Origin: Blepharisma stoltei ATCC 30299
Taxonomy: Eukaryota; Protista; Ciliophora
NCBI GenBank assembly: GCA_965603825.1
Contig: CBFDEM010000053.1
Span: 124,001-188,000 of the forward strand
Direction: 5' to 3'
Length of the DNA: 64,000 nucleotides
This document shows positions 1 to 12,493 of the stretch, piece by piece; the first letter of the stretch is position 1; every line of letters begins with the position of its first letter. The position numbers and the translations under genes are program-made. The notes below the pieces were generated by a model, which saw only the letters and a program-made list of their open reading frames with translations, was not told the origin of the DNA and ran no database searches.

Positions 1-693
1 AGTTGATCTCCTACATAGATTTTACTTTAAACAGTCATTACACAAGATGGAAAACTCCAAATCTGTATACTCTTCAGGCATTTCATTCTGTGCAATTTCT
101 TCATCCAATTCTTGATAAACCATTGACATATCAACTACAGTTTTAAGACATAAAGGACAATTATAGCATTTATTCTTAATCATTTCTTTCAAGCACTTTC
201 TATGAATGAAATGACCACACTTCATAGAAATCGTCTGTTCTCTGCTTGTAAACATATCTTCTTGACAAACTGCGCAATTTGCTTTCAACATTCCAGGCCT
301 GCAGGTATGAGCATCTATTAAGGCGATTCCAAGGCAAGCTTCACAAGTATCACAATGGAAATAATTTTCTTTTGGCCCAACTCTACATATTCCGCATTTT
401 TCACAGTGATAAATCTGCTTACTTAAATTACTATCATATAAGTGGCAAATTGAACAAAAATAAGCTCCCATGCAGATTCCACAATTTTGACAAGATTGCT
501 CGAGTGTTTGGATATAAGAGCAATGCCGACAGCGAACTCGAATTGTATCGGATCTAGCCATTCGATGAGCCTTCTTAATGTCTTTCTCGTCCTCAAACTT
601 TACTTTATCATGACAAAATTTGCAGGGGAAAAATTCTTGGCAGCAAGCAGCAAGGTAATCACATTCTCTGTCATAATGAGTGCACGGATCCAT
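1..693 (-). CDS. RCHY1: Pirh2/RCHY1-type CHY zinc finger + RING E3 ligase (3' end runs off the window)
   Basis: CHY motif (C-x-HY...CC...C..CHD), CTCHY and RING (CAVC...CGHFIH..C...CPLC). The apparent stop at 22-24 lies inside a 15-nt intron (11-25); the spliced frame continues ...CLK-RST to the window edge. Confidence 0.9.
11..25 (-). other. 15-nt spliceosomal intron GTAAAATCTATGTAG
   Basis: GT..AG, A at -6; removal eliminates an in-frame TAA in the Pirh2 C-terminal zinc ribbon. Confidence 0.85.
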
Positions 694-1984
694 TATTTTA
701 TTTAAGTATTTCTCTTTATTTTTGAACTAAAAATGGTTGGTTTTAGACTTTATATCATTTAAAATCTCTTATTTTTTATAATAAATCATATTCCGCCAAA
801 ATTGATATTTAGAAAATATACAAAAAAGGCATACAAGGAAAGAGATTTGAGCTGTTAGCAAAAATAATAAAATATAATTTTCATTCCAGCAATAAAGTCA
901 GATTTTTATTATTAAATCTATCAAAATGTATTGAATCTTTCAGCATTGAAATTTCCAATAAAAATTATTCATAATTTTGAAGACGTACTATTGGCTTTTA
1001 TATAATAAATACTTAGTAAAATATCAAAAGACTGTTACAAACGGACTCTAGGAAAATCAGTATAAAGATTCAAATTTAAAAATTTAAATGGCAAATAATT
1101 CTAAGTTTTCAAAGAGAATAATGATATTTTGGATAAAATTCATAGGTTGGAATATATTGAAAAGGCATGAACGATGCGAAATGGAGTCTATTAAATATGA
1201 AATTTGATTTGGAATTTATTAAAAGAAGTATTGAGGAAATGAACATAAATAAAATATATAATTAATAGTAATTAGTAGTGATTAAATATTAAATTAATTT
1301 GCATAAGGTAAAGCTAAAAGATAGAATAAACTGGAATATTTAAATTCTTAATTTCTGACACTCGACATAATATTTAAGGACCTATCAGAATATTTTCACC
1401 AGTTCACCAAATCCATTATTCTATAATTAGCTTAATATTTAACTTGTTTACAGTATGCAACACTTATAATAATTACTTCTATTGGTCATTTGCACCGATA
1501 CCTACTTATTGCATAACTCTTGCAATTCATACTTCCAGGTAGGTAACATTTCTCAATCACATTCAAATCATTCTGATGATCTGGATGTGCTTAAAAGAGA
1601 TTGACCACTTAAAGAATATCTTCTACTGTTGTATATAATATTTCACTATTTAAAACTTCATCAAAAATATTATTATAATTATTCCCCAACTTCTCGCCAA
1701 TGATCTGTCAAATTATTTTCGTAAATTTTATATCAATACAATTCCAGCAAAATGATACCCTTATTTACCTAAATACTAGCTGCTGCTAATCATGCAGAAA
1801 TCACAAAAAATCCCAATAAAAAGTTCTGACCAAAAATGGTTATGCATGATCTTTCCAATTCCTCTCCTTCATCAAACCATATTTTTCTTTGCTTATAATT
1901 TTTATAATCTCCTTCACTTTACTTATCTTTACTTAATTTCTGCCATTGAAACCTCAAATTTAAGAATAAAAATCCCGATTACAA

Positions 1985-3538
1985 ATGTCTGGAATAGGAT
2001 TCGTAGGAGAGCCTATAATAGTTGATAGTGGGAACGTTGAGTACAGCAAAGATGAGATCATTTCTCGTTACGAGTACCGTGAAGCCAGAGTTGTTGGTAA
2101 CCGTGTGACTCCTCTGAACGAGAACCTTATTTTTAAAACTCAAAGACACGTTCCTAAGACAGGCGTCCTCCTGGTCGGATGGGGTGGCAACAATGGCACG
2201 ACTTTGACAGCAGGAATACTAGCGAACAAGCTCAAAACGACATGGATGACTAAAGAAGGCGAACATCATTCAAATTTCCTAGGTAGCATCTGCCGTTCAG
2301 TTACCATGAGGGTAGGTATTGACCACAATCTGCAGCCTGTCTACGCCCCTCTCTTCAACGTAATCCCTATACTTGACCCTGTAGACTTAGAGATCTGGGG
2401 ATGGGACATTTCTAGCATGAACATTGCAGACGCCATGAATAGAGCCAAAGTTTTGGACTACGACCTTCAAAGAAAGCTTTATCCTGAACTCAAAGATATG
2501 GTACCTTGGCCATCTGTGTACTCTGAAGACTTTATAGCTGCAAATCAGTGCGATAGGGCAGATAACATCATTCGTGGAAACAAGCAAGAACAATTAGACA
2601 CTTTGAGACAAAACATCAGGGACTTCAAACAGCAAAGAGGCATTGAAAAGGTTATTGTATTATGGACAGCTAACACCGAGAGATATGCAGAAATTAGAGC
2701 AGGCCTTAATGATACCGCCGATAACCTTTTGGGATCAATTGAAGCCAATGAAGCAGAAATTGCACCATCGACACTCTTTGCAGTGGCTAGTATTTTGGAA
2801 GGGTGCACTTATATTAACGGATCACCACAAAATACTTTTATACCTGGCGTGATTGAACTTGCAGAAAGACACCAAATACTTATAGCTGGGGATGATTTCA
2901 AAACTGGCCAAACTAAGATAAAGACTGTGCTCTCAGACTTTTTAATCAATTCTGGGCTCAAGCTATGCTCAATTGTCAGCTACAATCACTTAGGCAATAA
3001 CGATGGGAAAAATCTCAGCGCCCCTAAGACATTCAGATCTAAAGAAATTTCCAAAAGTGGAGTCATCGACGACGTCATTTGCGCCAATAGACTTATTTAC
3101 GGAGAAAATGAGCATCCAGACCACTGCGTTGTAATCAAATATGTCCCTTACGTAGGAGATAGTAAAAGAGCTATGGACGAGTATACAAGTGAAATTTTCA
3201 TGGGAGGAAGAAACACAATAGTCCTGCATAACACTTGTGAAGACTCGCTTCTGGCTGCCCCGATTATTATGGATCTTATTCTTCTCGCTGAACTCTGCAC
3301 AAGAATACAAATAAAAAGAGTAGAAGATGAAGAATTTTCAAGGATGCACCCAATTTTGAGCATTTTAAGCTTCTTGTTGAAGTCTCCTCAAGTGCCTGAA
3401 GGATCTCCTGTTGTGCACTCTTTGTTTAATCAGAGATACTCGATCACCAACTTTATTAGAGCACTTGTTGGACTTCCTCCAGAAACTTTCATGCTACTTG
3501 AACACAAGATTCCTTCTTTGCAAAACCATGCATCATAA
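1985..3538 (+). CDS. INO1: myo-inositol-1-phosphate synthase
   Basis: Hallmark motifs GWGGNNG, LWTANTERY, NGSPQNTF, SYNHLGNNDG; 517 aa, ends TAA. Confidence 0.97.
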   Translation: MSGIGFVGEPIIVDSGNVEYSKDEIISRYEYREARVVGNRVTPLNENLIFKTQRHVPKTGVLLVGWGGNNGTTLTAGILANKLKTTWMTKEGEHHSNFLGSICRSVTMRVGIDHNLQPVYAPLFNVIPILDPVDLEIWGWDISSMNIADAMNRAKVLDYDLQRKLYPELKDMVPWPSVYSEDFIAANQCDRADNIIRGNKQEQLDTLRQNIRDFKQQRGIEKVIVLWTANTERYAEIRAGLNDTADNLLGSIEANEAEIAPSTLFAVASILEGCTYINGSPQNTFIPGVIELAERHQILIAGDDFKTGQTKIKTVLSDFLINSGLKLCSIVSYNHLGNNDGKNLSAPKTFRSKEISKSGVIDDVICANRLIYGENEHPDHCVVIKYVPYVGDSKRAMDEYTSEIFMGGRNTIVLHNTCEDSLLAAPIIMDLILLAELCTRIQIKRVEDEEFSRMHPILSILSFLLKSPQVPEGSPVVHSLFNQRYSITNFIRALVGLPPETFMLLEHKIPSLQNHAS

Positions 3539-3980
3539 GATAAGCTTTCTTTAAAAAATATTGAAAATAAAATTATTAGCAATTATAAAATTAATATCCA
3601 AAAGTTATCTTTTATTTAGTTTAATGAAGACTACAGCGATTTGTAATTCATTAAATAGGCTAGAGAAGATCAAGATGCTGAACGGTTCTTAATACTATAA
3701 ATGAACTCAAATTATAAAGTAAAAAGTATTCCTTGCAATTTCTAAATTTTGTTTACTATTTGTCCTTTTATTTATTTTCTTTTTAAGACTCTTTTAATAG
3801 ATATAGTTCATTTTCTTTTTAAATTTGTTTTTGGGAATTTTATGCTGAGTTTCTTTAATAAGGAACTCTTCTCAATGCATAAGCTTCAGTCCATAGTAAT
3901 TTGATAAAAAGTCTGCTATGAAAAAATGTCTATTTCCCTTTAATTTTTATAGCTAAAAAGATTGCCATATTATTTCGGTT

Positions 3981-4556
3981 ATGTTCAAAAACACATTTCA
4001 GTCTGGCTTCTTATCAATTCTCTATAGCATTGGAAGCAAGCCATTGCAGATTTGGGACAAGAGTGTAAGAAACGGCCATATAAAGCGTATTACAGACTCC
4101 GATATTCAAAGTTCAGTGCTAGAAATAATGGGCACAAACGTAAGCACAACATTTATCACATGTCCAGCAGATCCGAATCAAACCTTAGGTATAAAACTAC
4201 CTTTCTTAGTCATGATCATTAAGAATCTCAAAAAGTACTTCACATTTGAAGTCCAAGTACTTGATGACAAAAACATCCGAAGACGATTCAGGGCATCCAA
4301 CTATCAAAGCACCACACGAGTAAAGCCATTCATATGCACCATGCCAATGAGGCTTGACGAAGGATGGAACCAAATCCAATTCAACTTATCAGATTTCACA
4401 AGAAGAGCTTATGGGACGAACTATATAGAAACTTTAAGGGTGCAAATACATGCCAACTGCAGAATGAGAAGAATTTATTTCTCTGACAGACTCTACTCAG
4501 AAGAAGAACTGCCGCCAGAGTTCAAATTGTTTTTACCACTCCAGAAGCAAGCTTAA
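3981..4556 (+). CDS. CFAP20: cilia- and flagella-associated protein 20 (Bug22)
   Basis: Near-invariant sequence [26 protein letters not shown]...[10 protein letters not shown]. Confidence 0.97.
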   Translation: MFKNTFQSGFLSILYSIGSKPLQIWDKSVRNGHIKRITDSDIQSSVLEIMGTNVSTTFITCPADPNQTLGIKLPFLVMIIKNLKKYFTFEVQVLDDKNIRRRFRASNYQSTTRVKPFICTMPMRLDEGWNQIQFNLSDFTRRAYGTNYIETLRVQIHANCRMRRIYFSDRLYSEEELPPEFKLFLPLQKQA

Positions 4557-5044
4557 ATATTTAATTGCTAATTTGACTAATCTTCGGCTTGATATGAGCG
4601 CTTTGACTTGGGATTGTGAGCGCGATAATAAATTTGAGGTTGAGCCTGTGTCTTTACGATATTTAACTTATAGAAGGGCTGAGATAAGGTATCTATTTTG
4701 CTAAATCATCCTTTTTGAATGAGAAACCTAAGAAATCGATAGAGATTGACCGCTTCTTCAGGCCAAATTGAATTATTAAGAGATTCATATGTTGAAGCCA
4801 CTTAGCTTTGCTCTTGATATTGCACGTAGCAATGCTCTTTGATATTATCTATCTAAAAATATTGAGCATGCTCCTCCAGCTTCGCTTTCAGTTGATTTAC
4901 TGTAAACAGTCTCTTTACAAAGTTTATAACAAGAACGCAGTTCGAGGCATTTTCATATAAAAATAATTATTTGCCTTAAAATTTCAAAATTTTGTATTTA
5001 ATTGCGTAACAAAAACCAGGTGAAGGCTCATTCTCTTATAAAAT

Positions 5045-6394
5045 ATGGTGTCAGTGGTTAGAGTGTCTAAGTTCAGACATGTCTTTGGTGAAGAATTACA
5101 AGAAAAATTTGAAGACTTAAGGCCAAGCACACTTTCTTCAGAAAGCACTCTAATCAAGTCCAATGGCACAAATATAGTATTTCCTTGGGAATCGGGTGGG
5201 GCTGGCGTTTTAGCTGTATTTGCGATGTCGGAGATAGGCCGAATTGCTCCAAGTCACCCTTTTATCAGAGGCCATGCCGGGAATATTTTGGACTATGAGT
5301 TTAATCCTTTCAATGACTTTCAGTTATTAAGTTGCGGCGATGATGCAACGTTAAAGTTATGGGATATCCCAGAAGGAGGACTAACTGCCGATATCACAGT
5401 CCCCAGAGTTTCGTTATCAGGCCACGGAAAAAAAGTTAGCCTTCTAAATTTCCATCCTTCAGCTGCATTTTTGTGTGCAAGTGCATCATTTGATAAAACA
5501 ATCAAAGTGTGGAATATTGAAAATGGGAGCCCAGCCCTTGAAATTTCAAATATTAATGAAATTATCCTTTCCCTACAGTGGAGTCCTATAGGCAGATCGA
5601 TAGGTTATACAACAAGAGATAAGTATGCAAAGGTCTCTGACCCAAGAATTGGAAGAAATGTAATAGAAGTTCTAGCTCATGAAGGCTCAAAACCAAGTAA
5701 AATGGGTTGGATTGATGAAGACACCATCGTAACCTGTGGCTTCTCCAAGATGAATGACAGGCAGCTTTCAGTCTGGGATTTGAGGAATTCCCAAAAAATC
5801 AAGACCATAAACATTGACCAAGGATCAGGAGTCTTGTACCCATTTTACGACTCTGACACCAAAATCCTCTTTGTCGCTGGTAAAGGTGACGGAAATATCC
5901 GCTATTACGAAATTGTAGGAGACGACCAATATATGTATTATGTTGAAGCTTTTAGGTCAAATATCCCTTGCAGAGGGATCAGTTTTATTCCAAAGCGAAA
6001 AGTTGACGCAGATTCCTGCGAAATTATGAAGGCTGTCAAGTTGACTAATAACACTGTAGATTTAGTAAGCTTTAAAGTACCTAGGCGTGTAGAATCGTTC
6101 CAAGACGATATTTATCCGGACTGCATCTCTGGAGAGCCTGCAATGAGCTCATCTGAATGGCTTAGCGGGACTGATAGAGAGCCTAGGAGAGCTCCAATTA
6201 AACAAATTGACAGTTCACCTGCAAGGGTTGAATTGCATGTCCAGCCCCACTCGCCTGCACCTGTGCAACATGGCCAGAAGAGCGTTAAGGATTATGAAAA
6301 AGAGCTAAATGAAGCTAAAGCGACGATTAAAATGCAGCAACAAAGGATTGCTGAGTTAGAGGCTCAGTTGGAGTCAAAAACTAAGTTAGAATAA
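5045..6394 (+). CDS. coronin (WD40 actin-binding protein)
   Basis: N-terminal VRVSKFRHVFG, GKGDGNIRYYE, VPRR..FQDDIYP, C-terminal coiled coil. Confidence 0.95.
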   Translation: MVSVVRVSKFRHVFGEELQEKFEDLRPSTLSSESTLIKSNGTNIVFPWESGGAGVLAVFAMSEIGRIAPSHPFIRGHAGNILDYEFNPFNDFQLLSCGDDATLKLWDIPEGGLTADITVPRVSLSGHGKKVSLLNFHPSAAFLCASASFDKTIKVWNIENGSPALEISNINEIILSLQWSPIGRSIGYTTRDKYAKVSDPRIGRNVIEVLAHEGSKPSKMGWIDEDTIVTCGFSKMNDRQLSVWDLRNSQKIKTINIDQGSGVLYPFYDSDTKILFVAGKGDGNIRYYEIVGDDQYMYYVEAFRSNIPCRGISFIPKRKVDADSCEIMKAVKLTNNTVDLVSFKVPRRVESFQDDIYPDCISGEPAMSSSEWLSGTDREPRRAPIKQIDSSPARVELHVQPHSPAPVQHGQKSVKDYEKELNEAKATIKMQQQRIAELEAQLESKTKLE

Positions 6395-6620
6395 ATAGGC
6401 GTTATAATCACGAAGAGATCATTAATTTTTTCTATCTAAATTAAGAAATGCCACGTTACTGGCAAATAAAATGTCCCAGTATGAATTTTTTAAGAGACAA
6501 ATTCGAACTATAAAATGTCAATCCTTAATAGTCAAATCTTTTATCCTTCGAAATAGATAAAAATAGATAATTATTTAAAAATTTCGAAGTTTCATGGCGT
6601 AATTATACATTCATTTAGAA

Positions 6621-9614
6621 ATGAAAATAACTCCTGTCGATTCTACCATAGATGTGTCCAGAAACCAAAACCGGAACGAAAGTTTGAAATCCTTTATAGG
6701 AAAAAGCCCAGCTCGTAGAGGATATAAATTCAGGTCACCAGAAAGCACTGAAAACCCAGAAGAGGACTACTCAAATTTCCAATCCTATATTGCTGAAGAG
6801 CTCAATGATGGAATTACTGAAAACTTGCCAAAAGGAGCTCCAAATCTGATCCGCATAAGCCGACCATTTAGGATGAGGTGGGATTTAGTTATGATTATCA
6901 TAGCTTTATACAATGCAATTTCAGCTCCTTTTGTAATTGCCTTTTATCGGCATGTTGATGAGTGGTTTTTTGCCTTGAATATTTTGCTAGATATTTTTTA
7001 TTATGTTGACATAGGTGTCAATTTCTTTACAACTTATATAAACTCCACAGATGATGAAATATTCAGCCACAAAAAAATAATTTTCCACTACTTGACACGA
7101 GACTTTGCCTTAGACTTGATTTCTGCATTGCCAGTCGCAGAATTTATATTTCTTTCAAATGACAAGGCAGATGAAAATAAAAAACTTTGACTACTGCTAA
7201 ACATGATTAAGGCAAAAACAGTCATCTCTAGATTAAACCGTATTATCAGATTTGCAAGAACAAAAGATTACGTAAAAGTGCTTATGAGACTTTGTGAGCT
7301 GACATTATATGTGTTTTTGTGGGTTCATTTGACTACTTGCCTATGGTTTTATGTAATTAGAGACAATGAAGACTGAATACCTACTACAGACTTCTTGACT
7401 GGAGTAACTGAGCTTTATCAATCAGACGTCGTGAAACAATACGCAACTGTATTTTATAACGCTGTTTGGCTTCTAGTCGGAAATGATGCAGTTCCTAGAA
7501 CTCAAGGCGAAGCTTGCCTTGCCTCATTTTTGATAATAATCGGAAGTATAGCCACTGCAGTTATTTTTGGAGAAATGGTTGTCCTCATGTCAAGCCTCAG
7601 CCGAAAGCAAGATCAATATCAAGAAATTATTGATGGTGCTGCTACTACAATGAGAGGCATGAAGCTGCCAGACCGTCTGCAAAGCAAGATTTTAGACTAT
7701 ATTGCTCTTACGCATACATCTTCAAGCTCACAAGAAGAATACGAGACCTTTAAAAAGTTTATTTCACCATCTTTACAACAAGAAGTTTCTGCTTGTATAT
7801 ATGATCCAATTATTTCGAAAAATGTGGTACTGCAGAATGAAGAAAGGATGTTCTATATGCTGGTAAGGAAGCTTAGCAATAGATTTACAAAGCCGGAAGA
7901 TGAAATTATCATTGAAGGAGCTGAGCCTGATAACATGTATTTTTTGGTCAATGGTGAGGTAGAAGTTTTTGTGACTGATAAAAATCTGAAGAAAAACTCT
8001 GTGTGCTTCTTAAGTCCTGGAGCGCAGTTTGGCGAGCTTGGATTGATATATAATATTCACAGAACAGCTTCAGTAATCAGCTATGGGTACTGTACAATAG
8101 CTGAGCTTAGTAAAAAGAATTTTCAATCATTGGTTTTATCATTTCCAATGTTGAAAAACAAGATGATTCGAGCTGCTGAAGTTTATGATGATCCATGGAA
8201 AAGATTTTTATTAGACTCTCTTTCCCAAGCTGAGTATTTTGAAGCTCTCCCAAGACAAGTTTTCAGAGAATTTCCATATAGAATGGAAATCATGAAGCTT
8301 GAAAAGGGAGGATATTTGTTTAAACCTGGGGAAATACCAAAATGTATATACTTAGTAGCGCTTGGGGAACTAGAAATTTCAGTAACCATAAATGAGAAAC
8401 ATCTGCATCTCCTCAAAGCTCATGAGCATTTCCCAAACATAGAAAACGAACCAAGGATTCCAAGAAACCAAAGAACCTTAGAAGACTATAAAGATTATTC
8501 TTTTGATATTTTCAAAGCTGATTCTTTAAAGAAAAAAGCAGAAATCGTCCCTATTATGGACCAAAAAGGTATAGTAGGATCTATCAGACTTGATGAAGAA
8601 GTTCCAGAAAAAACCTCTATGATAGGAGATTACCCACAAGAAATAATTTTAGGAAATATCTCACAAGGCGCTCTTATTTCTTCTACATTTATATATGCAA
8701 AAATGCCTTATTTATTCCAATGCAAAGCATTAAATACAGTAACAGTCTATGCATTAAAATTAGAGACTATTAAGGAGCTCGCAAAAAACCATCCTGCTTT
8801 TGAAAATGAAATGAAAGAAATTAAAAGTGAAATTAAAGGGAAAAAATATCCTAATATTTTAGACATCATCCAGCCTGAAACTTCAAGTGAAAGAATTAAG
8901 AAACTATGGGTTTCTGCCATTTTAAGGGTGATTGCGCAGCTTCGACAAGAACGTAGAGGAGGGGTTGGCTTGCTTCTTCAAATTACTTCAAAACTTAAAG
9001 CTATCATTGCGTGTGAAGAAGCTGGAAATTTCGATCTTGCTGAAAAAGTAGCAAGAGGGGATATCCCTCCACATTATATATTAGAAGATGGGACTTTGGA
9101 CCCAGCAGCTATTAATTCGAATATAAACTCATCACTGCCTGTAAATCATCCTATGATGATGACCTTAAAAGCTATGCTAGATTCTATTACTCAGCCTGGT
9201 GGGAATATTGTTAGACAATATAACGCTCTTGATAAAAAAATTTTACAGCACTCCAAAATTATTCAGAGTTATGGAAAAAGCCTTGAAGAGGTAAAAGATA
9301 CGCTGAGAAAAATCATTAATAAGCTAAAAGGGAATATAGATGAGCCTGAACCAGAAAAGATAAAAGACCAGCTGCCTAAGCTTGGAAATGTTGAAGAAGC
9401 AAAAAGAAAAGAAATGATGAAACTGGATATACAAAAGGTATATACCTCAGAAGAAGAGAGGCTGCAGAGGAGGGAAGCTAAAAAACTAGCGAAAATACAA
9501 AGGAAGAATGATAGAGCTAGTATAAATGAAGCAGTTATAAAGCCTAGATCGCAAATTGATGAGGTTGATAGACCCAAAGATTTAATATCTTCTTTTAAAG
9601 AGAGCAAAGAATAA
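6621..9614 (+). CDS. cyclic-nucleotide-binding-domain (EAG/CNG-like) ion channel with two CNBD-like regions
   Basis: Track ORFs 6621-7190 and 7395-9614 are one frame joined by TGA=Trp at 7188 and 7374. Six TM segments, C-linker, CNBD (FGELGL..RTASV) and a second degenerate CNBD. Confidence 0.88.
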
Positions 9615-9802
9615 GTCTATTTAGTTTTCAAAATTGTATTAATTTGTTTAAGTAATACAATTCTAATATTTTTTAAAAATTTATAATGATTTTTCAATAA
9701 TTTCCGGTAAATTACTATACCAATCCACAAATAAGAGCATAATTCGAAAATTTTCACTATTAATTTATTTAACAACAAATAATCATTATAATTTTTTATT
9801 AT

Positions 9803-10579
9803 TTATGCACCTAGTCCATACTCACTTCTTCTATTTTTATTTCTATTTCTTTCCAGTCTCACCCAAGACTCCTCATCTGCTCTATATAAATAGAAAACTA
9901 GGAATATGAAAATCACAAAGCAAGTGAACATCATAGACATAGATATGACTCGGCTTTTATCAATCCTAAACTTGTAGCCTTCTTTCTTCTTTCCCATTAT
10001 TTCATCATTGTACCGCTTTAAAACAGATGGAGAAATCGGCTCAATTGGAAGTAATGGGAATTCTTCTATTGGTTTGAGTCTGAGAAACTTATTTGGATTA
10101 ATAGTTTCAATGCAGCCTGGAGCTGACAAATTGGCAATATAATATTTTCTAATCTCCATCATTTCTTGCTCTACATGAATTCTAGCAGGCACAATTTCCC
10201 CTCTGGACTCAATTGCAAGACTTCTTAGATCTTTATCATTTCCATAGAGATCTATGGCAAAATTCCCATAGTGCTCTTGGAATTTTTGAAGAAAATCATT
10301 ATAAGAGTCCTCAGCTACAAATTTGACTGCGTTTTCTAGCTTTTCTGCTGGCGTTGTTAAGTTCTTTTTTACTGCATCCTGGATCTTTTCAATAATGTGT
10401 ATCATTGGCTCAATTTTTCCTTCTTTATAAGCTTCTTGCTGATGGGTTATAAGTGCTTTCCTTTCTATATCGATTCTTTTGATTACTCTTTCATCTTTTT
10501 GAGTGATTATGGGTAGGTATGATTTATCCAGTGTTGCAAATGAACGGTGCAATGCCTTCAAGCCTCTTTGAAAGCACAT
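9803..10579 (-). CDS. hypothetical protein, possible mitochondrial presequence and C-terminal TM helix
   Basis: 258-aa ORF, basic N-terminus (MCFQRGLKALHRSFA), hydrophobic segment near the C-terminus, TAA stop. Confidence 0.7.
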   Translation of the reverse strand: MCFQRGLKALHRSFATLDKSYLPIITQKDERVIKRIDIERKALITHQQEAYKEGKIEPMIHIIEKIQDAVKKNLTTPAEKLENAVKFVAEDSYNDFLQKFQEHYGNFAIDLYGNDKDLRSLAIESRGEIVPARIHVEQEMMEIRKYYIANLSAPGCIETINPNKFLRLKPIEEFPLLPIEPISPSVLKRYNDEIMGKKKEGYKFRIDKSRVISMSMMFTCFVIFIFLVFYLYRADEESWVRLERNRNKNRRSEYGLGA

Positions 10580-10825
10580 ATTAATTTTTACAATATTTAA
10601 TTTACGGATTAATAATTATCACCTTTATCATATATGAATTTTCTTATCGATTAAATGGCTTAAACAAAAAATCATAGAGTATTTAAGCTTTAAATTTGAT
10701 TTTTAAATTTATTTTAATTTTAAAGGATTTTAAGCTTTGTTTTCAATCTTAATGATAATTTTATAATTATACTTAATTCATAAACCAGCGCTAATCGATG
10801 AGCTGCATTATGAAATTTAATTTAA

Positions 10826-12436
10826 ATGGAAAATTGTCGCAAAAGATGCTCAAGTGCCGGAACTAATTTAACCAGAGACTACCCAAAGCCTAAAAAAATC
10901 CCCAAAAATAAGCGCACAAACAATATCGCTCAGCTTAAAAATATGATAGAGCAAGTAAATTTTATTTAGTATGATTTAAAAGTCAAAATCCTTGAAAAAA
11001 ATCGAAGAACTTATGAAAAATCTCAGCGGTCTTCAAGTGTAAAAAGCGCTTCTCAAGGAGTTATAGCTAAATTAGATAAGGCTACAAGCCCTGATATAAT
11101 GGACAAAGTTACCCTTAATACTCTTCCAAGCCCAAGTTTCCATACAGAGACCAAAAAAATAATCTCTCAAATTAAATACTCAGGATCTTCCAGCTCATCT
11201 GAGCATAGTTTTGCTTGCACCCTAGAGTCAAAAGATTTATCAGAAAGCTTCGAAACTTTTGGAAAATTGGGGAAAGAAACTTTTGAATCTTCTTATGCAA
11301 AAGATGAAGAAGACACAAGAATTAAGCAAGCTATTCAGCGTTGCAGCCCTGAAAAACATTATAAAAAGCCTAGCACTGATACATGCTGAAATTCCAGGCT
11401 ACTGCAAAACTCAAAACTTACTGAAATCTTGCAGGAGTCATATCAAATTCCTTATGAAGCCTCTTCTATAAAAGAGATACAAAATTGGTCATTAATTTCT
11501 GATAAAGAAAATGTAATTGTTGACTCTGCTGTACCAAGTAAAGAAATTGAGTATCTTAAGCAGGAAAATTTAAAATACAAAAAAATGCTAGATTCCTTGC
11601 AATCATCTTTTAAAGAATCATTAGAAACCCAGAAATCGCAATATGAAAAAGAAATTTCCTCTCTCAAAGAAGCAATTATTTCCCTCGAAAACCAGCTTAA
11701 AACTAAAGAAGAAATGTCTGTTGACCAAATTAAAGTAGACTTTGAGCTAGAAAAAGAAAAAGAAATCGAGAAACTCATAGAAAGTTATGAAAATGAAAAA
11801 GAAGAGCTCCAAGAAAAATTCCAAAAACACCTAGAACTTGAGCTGTTGAACCAAAAAGAAAATTTAACAGCAGAATTCAGAGAAAACATAGAAAACGCTC
11901 GAGCTTTTATGTTACAAGACCACGAAAAAGAGTACACAAATCTAAGAGAGCAGCTCATGTACAGACTTCAAGCCAATGAATCTAGAGTAAAGCAAAAAAT
12001 AATAAAAGAAATCGAAAAAAAATACAAGCAAGAAGCCATTGAAAAAGAACAAGAGCATGAGTTGAAAATAAAAACGTCCTCAGCTGCTATTAAGTCAGAA
12101 TTTGAAAGGAAAATTAAGGTTTTAAAAGAAGAAAACATGGCGCTAAGAAAAGATGTGGAGTCACTTGAGAGCCAGATTGAAGAAAACAGATCAAGGGAAC
12201 AGTTTAAGTATGGAGTTGGGAACTCTGAAACTTCATCTGCTGGGCATACGATGGATTCTGATAAGATTTATTATGATTTGCTAGAAATTAACCAAAAGCT
12301 GAAAAATGAAAATACTAGTCTTCATAATACGATGCATAATAATCACTTGCTATGTGGAAAGTGCAAGGCGTTTGTGAAAGTTAATGGAGATTTTACGAGC
12401 AAGCTGACAAGGCTGAGATCTTATCTTGATTCTTAA
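10826..12436 (+). CDS. coiled-coil hypothetical protein
   Basis: ATG 10826, 15-nt intron 10955-10969 and TGA=Trp at 11387 join track ORFs 11099-11389 and 11429-12436 in one frame; E/K-rich heptads. Confidence 0.8.
10955..10969 (+). other. 15-nt intron GTAAATTTTATTTAG
   Basis: GT..AG, A at -6; removes an in-frame TAG. Confidence 0.8.
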
Positions 12437-12493
12437 TGTAAAAAATTTAAAATATGAGTGTGATACTAATTATCTATATGTTTTGTTTAATTA

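Noticed and set aside
700-1980. Long AT-rich spacer as a retained IES or transposon remnant
   Set aside because: I saw no terminal inverted repeats, transposase fragment or telomeric repeat; TA-bounded IESs cannot be called without MAC/MIC read comparison.
4560-4960. Coding-like composition on the minus strand between CFAP20 and coronin
   Set aside because: The frames I translated contain TAA/TAG not rescued by consensus introns and show no recognisable domain; at most a decayed fragment.
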